Source: Candidatus Chloroploca sp. Khr17 (GTDB taxonomy: Bacteria; Chloroflexota; Chloroflexia; Chloroflexales; Chloroflexaceae). From it: a stretch of 59,586 nucleotides of DNA. Location of the stretch: contig NZ_RYFF01000020.1 of NCBI RefSeq assembly GCF_004138165.1, forward strand, positions 33,982 to 93,567. Reading direction: 5' to 3'. The translations under genes and the position numbers were made by a program. The notes beneath the pieces were generated by a model that worked only from the letters and a program-made list of their open reading frames with translations, ran no database searches and was not told where the DNA came from. This document shows positions 1 to 9,100 of the stretch, piece after piece (the stretch's first letter is position 1; the number at the start of each line of letters is the position of its first letter).

Positions 1-3000
1 CCGGCGGCGGGGAACTGGGTCTGGATTCGCTTCATGCCGGAGAGTGCGGGGAGTCATCTGCGGTATGTGCGGGTGAGTTATGGCGGGAATACCTACGGGC
101 GCAGTCTGGACGTGCAGACAAGCGCCCTGCTGGTCGAAGACAGTACGATTGTTCGGTCGAATGGTAGCGGTATCTATAACGAAGGCGGCACCGTCACGGT
201 GCGCAACAGCGCTCTGCTCGACAGCACCAGTGGGGCGCAGGTCAGCGGGGGCCAGTTGCTGATCGAAAATAGCTTGATCAGCGGCAACAGTGAGGGTGTT
301 GCGGTCAGTGGCTCGCCTGCGGTGACGATTACCAACAGTTCGCTGGCTGACAACAGCAGTTATGGAGTCAACAATAGCAGTACGACCGTGATGGTGCAGG
401 CGGGGAATAACTGGTGGGGCGCGGCTTCGGGGCCGTACCACCCTACGCTCAATGCCGCTGGTCAGGGCGCCCGCGTGAGTGACCGGGTTGTCTTTAGCCC
501 GTGGCTTGGCGCGCCGCCCGCAGGCGTCGAACGACGCTATACCGTTGGTGGGCGGGTGACTTTCGACGGAGTTGGGCTGGCGGGCGTAACCGTCTCGGAC
601 GGTACGCGCAGTGCGGCGACCGATGCGAGTGGAGTCTACCTGCTGAATGCGGTGCCGGTGGGCGACTATACCCTAACCCCGGCCCGCGCTGGCTACAGCT
701 TTACCCCGGCAACCCGGGCGATCAGTGTCACGAATGACCTGAGTGGTCAGGACTTCAGTGCGACGACGACGAGTGGGCCGTCGCCAACGCCGACCGCGAC
801 AGCAACGAGTGTGCCGCCAACGGCGACATCTACCTCTACGGCAACGAGTGTGCCGCCGACGGCAACATCTACCTCCACGGCAACGCCGACGACAACCAGT
901 GTGCCGCCAACCCCAACTGCGACGGCAACTGGTGGCCCGTCGGCGACGCCGACACCAACGATTGTCGCTGCGCCAATCTGTGGCGCAACGGTGCAGGAAG
1001 TCAACGGGACGATCAATGGAGTGGTCACCTGGACGGCGGGCACGGTCTATGTGCTCAACGATGTCTATGTCAACAGCACGGCCACGCTGATCATTCAGCC
1101 GGGTACCGTGATCAAGGGGCGGGCCAACTCGCGCCTGCGGGTTGATGGACGCCTGTTCGCCGATGGAACGGTTGCCAATCCGATCTATTTCACTTCGTAC
1201 TACGATGATAGCCTGTGTGGTGACACTGATGGCAATGGAGCTTTGCCTCCGCCGGCAGCGCAGGACTGGGGCTTCATCCAGTTCAACTCGATCAGCAACG
1301 ATACGAGCAGTTTGACGCGGGCGGTGTTGCGTTATGGTGGCAAGGGTCAGGACACGGCGGCAAGTGGCGTTGTTCGGCTGGTTGATGCCGGGCCGAACCT
1401 GGCGAATCTGAGTATGAGCCAGAACTATCGCAATGGGGCTGAGTTGGTTTATACCGGGTCGGGTTGGAATACCACCACGCTCAACAGTCCCAGTGTCGTC
1501 TACTGGCTGAGCAGTGCGCTGGTGGTGAATGCCAACCAGACCTTGACGCTTGGGCCGGGGGTGAAGGTCAAGGGGGCGGCTCTGTCACGCCTGATCGTGA
1601 ATGGCACGCTCACGGCTGATGGTACCGTGCAAGCACCGCTGGTCTTTAGCTCGGAGAAGGATGACACCGTCTGTGGCGTTGGCGCGTCCGATGAGCCGGT
1701 CTGCGACATGGACAATGCCGTAGCGACACCGACGGCCCAGAACTGGGGCTACATCCAGTTTGGCGCGGGCAGCAACGATATCAGCAGTCTGACGCGGGCG
1801 GTGCTGCGTTATGGCGGGCTGGGCCAAGACACGGCGGCAAGCGGGGTGGTGCGGCTGGTGGATGCCGGGCCGAACCTGGCGAATCTCAGCATGAGCCAGA
1901 ACTACCGCAACGGGGCCGAGTTGTCCTACACCGGGGCGGGCTGGAATACCGCCACGCTCAACAGCCCCAGTGTCGTCTACTGGTTGAGCAGTGCGCTGGT
2001 GGTGAATGCCAACCAGACCTTGACGCTCGGGCCGGGGGTGAAGGTCAAGGGGGCGGCCCTGTCACGCCTGATCGTGAATGGCACGCTCACGGCGGATGGC
2101 ACGGCCCAGGCACCGCTGGTCTTCACCTCTGAGAAGGACGATACCGTCTGCGGCGTTGGCGCGGCTGATGAGCCGGTCTGCGATATGGACAATGCCGTGG
2201 CGACCCCGGCAACCCAGGACTGGGGCTTCATCCAGTTTAGCGCGGGCAGCAACGATACGAGCAGCCTGACGCGGGCGGTGCTGCGTTATGGCGGCAAGGG
2301 TCAGGATACGGCAGTGGGTGGGGTCGTGCGGCTGCTTGATGCTGCCCCGACCTTGAGTTACAACCTGCTGCGCACAAACTATGGTGGCGTCGAGTTGCTC
2401 AACGGTGCGTTGCCAGCACTTACCTGCAACGACTTCGAGCAGAACCAGCAGTTTGGCATGCGGAACGCGCTGCCGGCCACGGCGGTGACCGCCGAGAACC
2501 AGTGGTGGGGCCGTGCGACCGGGCCTACCCACGCCGGCAATGCGGGCGGCAATGGCGATGTGGTGTCGGATGGTGTGGACTACAACCCGTGGCGGAGTAT
2601 GCCGTGTACCTATACCGGTGAGCCAACCCCGACGCCGACCGTGACCACGACGAGCCAGCCAACCGCGACGGCGACGGCAACGAGTGTGCCGCCAACCGCG
2701 ACAGCGACGGCGACGAGTGTACCGCCAACCGCTACCGCGACGAGCGTGCCACCGACGCCAACATCCACGGCAACCTCGACCACTGTGCCTCCGACGCCGA
2801 CGGGCACAGCGACCGCCACCGCGACGAGCGTGCCACCGACTGCGACGGCGACCGCTACCGCGACGAGCGTGCCGCCAACCCCGACAACAACACCGATGCC
2901 AACGGTCGAGCCGGGTACCTGGCAGGCAACGGGCAGCATGCAGACCGGACGGGCCTGGCATACGGCTACGCGCCTGGCCGATGGTCGCGTGCTCGTTGCT

Positions 3001-5646
3001 GGTGGAAGTGCCGGTGCGTGGGGCACAGGGCTGCAGAGCGCCGAGATCTATGATCCGGCCACAGGAACCTGGACGCCCACGGGCAATATGAGCCAGGCTC
3101 GTTTTGCCCATACAGCGAACCTGCTGCCCAATGGCAAAGTGCTGGTTGCTGGTGGTGAAGGTGCTGGTTGGCTTGCCAGCGCCGAGATCTATGATCCGGC
3201 GACGGGCACTTGGAGTAGAACCGGTAATTTGCAGCGTGGACGGTCAATGCATACGGCAACGCTGTTGCCCAATGGCAAGGTGCTGGTTGCTGGTGGGTAC
3301 GGCGGCGGCGATCTTGCTAGTGCCGAACTCTATGACCCGGTCACTGGTCAGTGGAGCACCACCGGGAGCATGAAGACGGCGCGGATGCGCTATCCGGCGG
3401 TGCTGTTGACGAACGGCAAGGTGCTGGTTGCTAGTGGCTCGCAGTTTGGCGGGGGCACCTATCCAACGACGACTGGCGCCGAGATCTATGATCCCGCAAC
3501 TGGTCAGTGGAGTGACACCGGCAGCCTGAATATCTCGCGCCACCATCATCAGGCAGTGGTGTTGCCCAATGGCAACGTGCTGGTCGCCGGCGGCCAGAAT
3601 CTTCCGAATGCGAATAACGTGTTGAGCGCCGAGTTGTATGATCTGGCGAGCGGTCAGTGGAGCATGACCGCCTCGATGCAAGAGCCTCATACCAATATTG
3701 GTCCGATGGCGGTGCTCTTGTCAAATGGTCAGGCGCTGATGAGTGGCGGTGGGGCTCAGGAGTTGGGCAACGCGATTGTGCTGAGTGAACTCTACAATGC
3801 GACGACAGGTACCTGGAGTCGTACTGGTGATCTGCGTGAGGGTCGAAGTTCGCATGCGGTGGTGGTGCTGAACAATGGCTTGGTACTTGCTTCTGGTGGC
3901 TTCACAACCTATGGCGTTGGCCTGGCTACGGCCGAACTCTATGCGGTTGCGCAGAACCCTGGGGCGATCACGGTTGATGCCATCACACCACGCGAAGGTT
4001 CCGCCGGTCAGACGATCCGCGTGACGGTGCAGGGCACTGGTTTTGCCACGACACCGCCACCGACGGCGCGGCTCGTTGGGGTGGCAGGCTCATTTGCGCT
4101 GACCGAGGTCACGGCGCAAGGTGCGACCAGTTTCGCGGCAACGGTGCCGGCGACGGTGCCGCCTGGTGCATATGATCTGGTGGTGGACACAAATGGGCAG
4201 ACCGCGACCTTGCCCAACGCCTTCACGGTGCTGGCCGCCGCCCCGGCGGTGACCAGTGTCTTGCCACCGTCGGCGCTGAATGATGTTGAGACCGAGATGC
4301 TGGTGCAGGGGCGCAACTTTGCGGCAGGCGTTGGCGTGCGCCTCGGCACGACCAATCTTGAGACGACGCGCATTGATGGTGCAACGCTGCTCGCGGTGGT
4401 ACCGGCGGGTCTTGCGCCGGCAATCTACGACGTGGTCGTGACGAATCTCGGTGGTGGCGAGGCGCAACTTGCGCAAGCCTTCACCGTGGTTGATGCGACT
4501 GATGCAACCTTCGATGACCTCTTTAGCAGCAGCGATCAGCTTTGGATCAACCCGGTCTTGCCACGGGCGAATGAGCCTTTTGAGGTGGGTCTGGTGGTGC
4601 AACGCAGTGGGGGCAAGACGACCCTCACTGATATACCGGTCACCTTCCGCCGTGACTCGGTGACTGGCCCAGTCTTGGGCACGGCGACGGTGCCGTTCCT
4701 CGATCCACCGGCGAGCAGCGAGAGTACCACGCCGCTGAGCATCACGCTGCCAAACGCTGGGATCGTGACGCTCTATGCGATCATTGATCCCGAGGGCACG
4801 CTCACCGAAAGCACGACGACCAACAATGTGATCAGCCGGACGATGCTGGTGGCGGTGGCCGCCCGTGACCAGACGCCACCAGTCGTCACTGGCATTGGCA
4901 TCAATGGGGGTGCCGCGACGACCGTCGTGACCCGCGGCATAACGATCAATATCAGCGCTCTTGACCCATCGCCAAATGCCAGCGGGGTGCGGTCAGTCCA
5001 TGTGATCGAGTATGTCTACAACGAAGGCGCGCAGCGCTGGGTGCCGATGGCGAGTTCGGGCTGGTTGCCCTACAACCAGACGCCCGAAAGCTACCGCTGG
5101 ACCCTGGCACCGTTGCCAGGCATGCACTACCTGCAGGTACGGGCGCGAGACATGGCGAACAACATCTCGATCGGCCAGGCGCGTCGCTTGATCACCTACG
5201 AACCAGCAACTGACCGGATCAGGCGACGCCAGACGCGCATCTACCGCTATGAGGTCGGGGCGGGCCAGGAATTCCGGGTCAACCTGGATGTACTCTCGGG
5301 CGATGCGGATCTCTATGTCTGGTCATCTGATCCGCAGCAATCGGCCTGGGTGAGCAACCTGCCAGGCAGCGCCGACGAGCAGGTGAGCATCCCGGCTAGC
5401 CAGGTGGTACCGGGAGTGTACCAGGTCGAGGTCTACGGCTACACGGCGGCAGAATACCTGCTGACCACCTCGCTTGGCGGTACTCCGGCGTCGGCGCAGA
5501 TGTTGGGTGGTGGACTGGCCCAAGCGAAAGATTTGCCTGTAGCACCGTTGTTGCCAGTGAATGCGCAGCCGGATGCGCTGGTAGGCGATGTACCGCCAAT
5601 CGAAGCCGAGGTCTATCGGGTGTACTTGCCGTTGAGCTTGCGGTAA
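1..5646 (+). CDS. Giant secreted multidomain surface protein, 5' end cut by the window edge. Domains: beta-helix repeats, CarboxypepD_reg-like, PT linkers, 3x ~159-aa repeat, 7-blade Kelch propeller, IPT/TIG-like, PPC-like.
   Basis: The frame is open from nt 1, and the residues before the first Met at 34 (PAAGNWVWIRF) continue the repeat pattern. Motifs seen: 'YTVGGRVTFDGVGLAGVTVSDG..GDYTLTP'; PT-rich linkers (ATSVPPTATSTST); seven blades of type 'GRxxHTATLLPNGKVLVAGG'; 'ITPREGSAGQTIRVTVQGTGF'; 'SGDADLYVWS'. The protein ends ...RVYLPLSLR*. Confidence 0.8.
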   Translation, partial: PAAGNWVWIRFMPESAGSHLRYVRVSYGGNTYGRSLDVQTSALLVEDSTIVRSNGSGIYNEGGTVTVRNSALLDSTSGAQVSGGQLLIENSLISGNSEGVAVSGSPAVTITNSSLADNSSYGVNNSSTTVMVQAGNNWWGAASGPYHPTLNAAGQGARVSDRVVFSPWLGAPPAGVERRYTVGGRVTFDGVGLAGVTVSDGTRSAATDASGVYLLNAVPVGDYTLTPARAGYSFTPATRAISVTNDLSGQDFSATTTSGPSPTPTATATSVPPTATSTSTATSVPPTATSTSTATPTTTSVPPTPTATATGGPSATPTPTIVAAPICGATVQEVNGTINGVVTWTAGTVYVLNDVYVNSTATLIIQPGTVIKGRANSRLRVDGRLFADGTVANPIYFTSYYDDSLCGDTDGNGALPPPAAQDWGFIQFNSISNDTSSLTRAVLRYGGKGQDTAASGVVRLVDAGPNLANLSMSQNYRNGAELVYTGSGWNTTTLNSPSVVYWLSSALVVNANQTLTLGPGVKVKGAALSRLIVNGTLTADGTVQAPLVFSSEKDDTVCGVGASDEPVCDMDNAVATPTAQNWGYIQFGAGSNDISSLTRAVLRYGGLGQDTAASGVVRLVDAGPNLANLSMSQNYRNGAELSYTGAGWNTATLNSPSVVYWLSSALVVNANQTLTLGPGVKVKGAALSRLIVNGTLTADGTAQAPLVFTSEKDDTVCGVGAADEPVCDMDNAVATPATQDWGFIQFSAGSNDTSSLTRAVLRYGGKGQDTAVGGVVRLLDAAPTLSYNLLRTNYGGVELLNGALPALTCNDFEQNQQFGMRNALPATAVTAENQWWGRATGPTHAGNAGGNGDVVSDGVDYNPWRSMPCTYTGEPTPTPTVTTTSQPTATATATSVPPTATATATSVPPTATATSVPPTPTSTATSTTVPPTPTGTATATATSVPPTATATATATSVPPTPTTTPMPTVEPGTWQATGSMQTGRAWHTATRLADGRVLVAGGSAGAWGTGLQSAEIYDPATGTWTPTGNMSQARFAHTANLLPNGKVLVAGGEGAGWLASAEIYDPATGTWSRTGNLQRGRSMHTATLLPNGKVLVAGGYGGGDLASAELYDPVTGQWSTTGSMKTARMRYPAVLLTNGKVLVASGSQFGGGTYPTTTGAEIYDPATGQWSDTGSLNISRHHHQAVVLPNGNVLVAGGQNLPNANNVLSAELYDLASGQWSMTASMQEPHTNIGPMAVLLSNGQALMSGGGAQELGNAIVLSELYNATTGTWSRTGDLREGRSSHAVVVLNNGLVLASGGFTTYGVGLATAELYAVAQNPGAITVDAITPREGSAGQTIRVTVQGTGFATTPPPTARLVGVAGSFALTEVTAQGATSFAATVPATVPPGAYDLVVDTNGQTATLPNAFTVLAAAPAVTSVLPPSALNDVETEMLVQGRNFAAGVGVRLGTTNLETTRIDGATLLAVVPAGLAPAIYDVVVTNLGGGEAQLAQAFTVVDATDATFDDLFSSSDQLWINPVLPRANEPFEVGLVVQRSGGKTTLTDIPVTFRRDSVTGPVLGTATVPFLDPPASSESTTPLSITLPNAGIVTLYAIIDPEGTLTESTTTNNVISRTMLVAVAARDQTPPVVTGIGINGGAATTVVTRGITINISALDPSPNASGVRSVHVIEYVYNEGAQRWVPMASSGWLPYNQTPESYRWTLAPLPGMHYLQVRARDMANNISIGQARRLITYEPATDRIRRRQTRIYRYEVGAGQEFRVNLDVLSGDADLYVWSSDPQQSAWVSNLPGSADEQVSIPASQVVPGVYQVEVYGYTAAEYLLTTSLGGTPASAQMLGGGLAQAKDLPVAPLLPVNAQPDALVGDVPPIEAEVYRVYLPLSLR
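1495..2448 (+). repeat. Near-identical in-frame 477-nt (159-aa) tandem duplication inside the giant CDS. A more diverged third copy lies at ~1018-1494.
   Basis: 'gtcgtctactgg' followed by 'gagcagtgcgctggtggtgaatgccaaccagaccttgacgct' occurs at 1495 and again at 1972 (offset 477). The protein units 'VVYWLSSALVVNANQTLTLGPGVKVKGAALSRLIVNGTLTADGT...' are almost identical. Confidence 0.9.
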
Positions 5647-5662
5647 GAGTGCGTTTGGATGC

Positions 5663-5703
5663 CGTGCGTACGGAGGCCAGGGTAACTGGCCTCCGTACGT
5701 ACG
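5663..5703 (+). terminator. GC-rich hairpin 17 nt after the stop of the giant CDS; likely an intrinsic terminator without a U-tract.
   Basis: Arm 'cgtacggaggccag' (5667-5680), loop 'ggtaa', and arm 'ctggcctccgtacg' (5686-5699) are perfect complements. The stem is extendable by a few pairs. Confidence 0.5.
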
Positions 5704-5770
5704 AGGGCAACGGCATTATACGAAACCGGATACAACGGGGCACCCGCAAGGGGTACCCGTACCGGGGTGG

Positions 5771-5840
5771 GGCACCCGCCAGGGGTGCCCCTACAGGGCC
5801 GGGGGGCGGGCCCGGTGTAGGGGCACCCCTGGCGGGTGCC
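5771..5840. repeat. 25-bp perfect inverted repeat with a 20-nt GC loop.
   Basis: 'ggcacccgccaggggtgcccctaca' (5771-5795) is the exact reverse complement of 'tgtaggggcacccctggcgggtgcc' (5816-5840). The right arm runs straight into the 12-nt tandem array. Confidence 0.9.
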
Positions 5841-5960
5841 CTGGCGGGTGCCTTGGCGGGTGCCTTGGCGGGTGCCTTGGCGGGTGCCCTGGCGGGTGCC
5901 TTGGCGGGGTGCCCTGGCGGGTGCCCTGGCGGGTGCCCTGGCGGGTGCCCTGGCGGGGTG
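5827..5960. repeat. Tandem array of about 11 units of a 12-13-nt G-rich repeat (ccc/cct-tggcgggtg).
   Basis: Read directly: 'ccctggcgggtg ccttggcgggtg ccttggcgggtg ...', with two 13-nt variants (ggcggggtg). It is intergenic between two + strand genes. Confidence 0.95.
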
Positions 5961-6005
5961 CATACACGGAAGATGCAATCGCCCTGCGTACGATGTGAGC
6001 TATCA

Positions 6006-6035
6006 TTGACACGAGAACTATAATAAAGATATGAT
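6006..6035 (+). promoter_or_regulatory. Candidate sigma70-type promoter for the 6185 gene.
   Basis: TTGACA at 6006-6011, an 18-nt spacer, then TATGAT at 6030-6035, in the only AT-rich stretch upstream of the gene. Hexamer match only. Confidence 0.35.
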
Positions 6036-6184
6036 GGCTCATCAGGTGATGAAAGGAGACACAACGCACTCAAATCCAGTTGGTTGTAACACACTCACAT
6101 GCATTTATATATCTTTCTCGCTGATGTGAGGTCAGTGATACCTGTTTCTGGGCAGATACCACGGCCACAAACAAGGTGAATATC

Positions 6185-9100
6185 ATGCAAGCCTCGTCGC
6201 GCCCTTCTCTTTCACCACGTTCATTGATCTTTTTGGGTCTGCTTGTTGTTGGTCTTGTGCTTGTTGGCTTTGCGCCCTTTGCCAGAGCCGCGCCGGGCTT
6301 CCCTACGGCCCCCGAGACGTTTGATGGTACCAGTCTTCCTTCTGGCTGGACTGTCGTCAATGTCCGCACTGATGCCCCCTATCCGATTGATGACCCCTAT
6401 CCCTTGCCCAATGATAGCCATGGATGGCGCTTTGATAACCCCGGAGCACGCCGGAATGTGACTGGTGGCACGGGTAATTTTGCCATTGCTGATAGCGACC
6501 ATGCTGGTCGTGGCAAAACGATGGATACGCAGTTACGCACGCCAACGTTCAGCCTCGAGGGCGTTGCTGCGGCCCGTCTCCAGTTCAATACCACCTTTCG
6601 TGCCTATGATCAGTCGACCGGCGATGTCGATCTGAGCATTGATGGTGGGCAAACCTGGACGACGATCTGGCGTACGACGAGGACGGTGCATGGGCAAGTC
6701 AAGGTCACCCTGCCCGCCAGTGCGCTCAATCAAACCAAGGTCAAGGTACGCTTCCGCTACTATAATGCCACCTGGGACTGGTACTGGGCCATTGATAATG
6801 TTGCCATTGTTATGGTTAATCTCCCCAATCCACCCGATGGCTTGCAGGCGACGCTCAAGGGTAGCGAGATTCAGTTGAACTGGAATGCCGCGCCCAATGT
6901 AAGCCGCTATGTCATCGAGCGTTCGCCTGATGGCACGAACTGGGCGACGATCGCTGAGGTTTTTGGTTCCCAGACACGGTTCACCGATACGCAGGGCTTG
7001 GTCTGTGGCCTCCCTTATCGCTATCGCCTGCTGGCGCGCAATGTGGCCGGCCTGTCACAGCCAAGCGCACCCGTAACCGCGACGACCGCCTCGTGTGATC
7101 GCCCGACGACGCTCAATGAGACTTTTACGGCCACCACGCTGCCTAATGGCTGGACAGTCGCGCCATCCTCGGGGGCGACCTGGTCGTTCAATAATCCGGG
7201 TGGACGCTTGAATTGGACCGGGGGGACAGGCAATTTTGCGGGTGTCGATAGCAACCGCGCTGGTGGTGCGTCGGTGGATGCCTCACTTGTCTCGCCTTCC
7301 CTCAACCTGAGCGATCAACCCAGTGTTGTCTTGCAATTCAAGACTTTTTTCTGGGCTTATCGACGGGCGACCGCTGGGGTTGATGTCAGTACCGATGGCG
7401 GAGAAACCTGGGTCAATGTCTGGCGACGAACCGGGTTGTTTTGGGGTCCCGTCACGCTCGATCTCTCTTCACGGCTGGCCGGCAAGAGCGTAGCGATGGT
7501 GCGCTTCAGCTACTCCACTCATGCGTACAATAATTCGTACTGGCAGGTTGACGATGTGCAGTTGCTGGCGATGAGCCCACCTGTCGCGCCGACCAATTTG
7601 CGTGGTTCCCTCCTGACTTCAGGTGACATAAGTCTCACCTGGGATGGCCGTGGGAGCCAGACCTTTGAACTGGAACGGGCGCTCGGCAGCAGTGGCAGTT
7701 TCCAGAAGATTGCCGAACTTGATCACGGCGTCACGAGCTTTATTGATACGACGGTTGCCTCGGAAACGCTCTATCGCTACCGTGTTCGTTCACGCAACGC
7801 GGTCGGCGTCTCGGCTTATAGCAATCTTGTTTCGCTCACCAGTGGCAATCGCAATGTACGAATGATTGACATAACAATTTCGTATTACGCGAATAGTGCG
7901 ACGGCACAGGCTCGCCGCCAGGCGATCGAAGCGAACGTGCGCTACTTTGCCGATAGCATCTACGAGATGTCCAACGGGGCGAATAAACTTCGTCGGGTGA
8001 CGATCTATACGGGTGGTGCCTTTGCCAATCAGGCGGATATTGTCTGGGTCGCGAATTGCTGGCCCAACGCCCATCTTTCAGGCTATGGCACGCCAGGGTT
8101 GCGCATTCAGCACTGTGATACGTTCCATGCGGCCAATTTCATGAACAGTGAGGTTGGCTATCGTCAAGGTGGCTATGTCCTTGGTCATGAAATGGGCCAC
8201 TACTTCTACTCGGTCTACGATGAATATCGGGGCAGCAGCCCGTCGACAGCCTGGATTGGTTTTCCGCGCTTGACTGATACCCCGGTGAATAACTCAGTAA
8301 TGAATAGTCAGTGGTATGCTGTGGACGGCAATCTCAACTGGCTCAACTTCTCGACTCTACGCAACAATACCGGCAATACGGCGCAGCACCGGGTCTATGC
8401 TGCCAGTGCCTGGCAAACCCTTGCCCGCCCCTTGTACCAGGATCCACGCAATGGTACACGGATGACGGCACCGGTGCGCCTCTTCCATCCTGAACTGGCG
8501 GCGGTTGCGCCGGCATTAGGGCAGGCGCCACGGATCGATCTGACCAGTCCCACTGCCCAGGCCAATGCACGCAACGCATTGAATTTCGTCTGGGTTGGCC
8601 AGTCAGGGAGCCCGCGCCTGCAGCAAGCCAATGCTGAAATGGCACTGCAGTTTGTGGTGGACACCTCGACGCAGATGAGCGAGGCGCAACTGGCTTCGAT
8701 CAAGGCGAATCTGAAGAATCTGGTTGACCAGGCGGCTGACACGACGATGATCGGCCTGCTGACCTATGCCGATACGGTGACGGTTGTGCAGCAGCCGGTG
8801 CTGCTCGACAGCGAGGCGAGCCGTACCGCGCTCAAGGCAACGCTTGATGGTCTGATGCTGAGCAATAGCGCTGCCGTGTTGACCGGCGAAGCGTTGGAAG
8901 CCGCGCTGGGGGTTGAGGGTGCTGCCGGTATTCCCGACAACGCGGTGCGTGCGGTCTATCTCTTTAGCGCCGGGATGTATACGGGCGCAAGCCATCCTTT
9001 TGCGCAGGTTGGCGCGTATCAAGATGCCGCCGTTACGCTAGAGACCTTTGATCTGGGACGCGATCCGCAACTTGCGGCAGAACTCTTCCAGATCGCGACG

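Noticed and set aside
2062-3111. 349-aa Arg-rich ORF on the minus strand.
   Set aside because: It is antisense to the well-supported giant CDS (PT-linker/Kelch region). The Arg/Gly/Cys-rich nonsense composition is typical of shadow ORFs in high-GC DNA.
5827-5960. The tandem array as a possible CRISPR array.
   Set aside because: The units are 12-13 nt and directly abutting, with no unique spacers. No cas genes are in the window.
5396-6094. Several overlapping ORFs (5396-6094 -, 5613-5978 -, 5649-6023 +, 5791-6069 -) encoding 'PARAPAKAPAK' / 'GALAGALAG' / 'RQGTRQGT' repeats.
   Set aside because: They are translation artefacts of the 12-nt tandem array, which is open in all frames because the unit is a multiple of 3. 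They have no SD or start context, and the region lies between a terminator hairpin and a candidate promoter.
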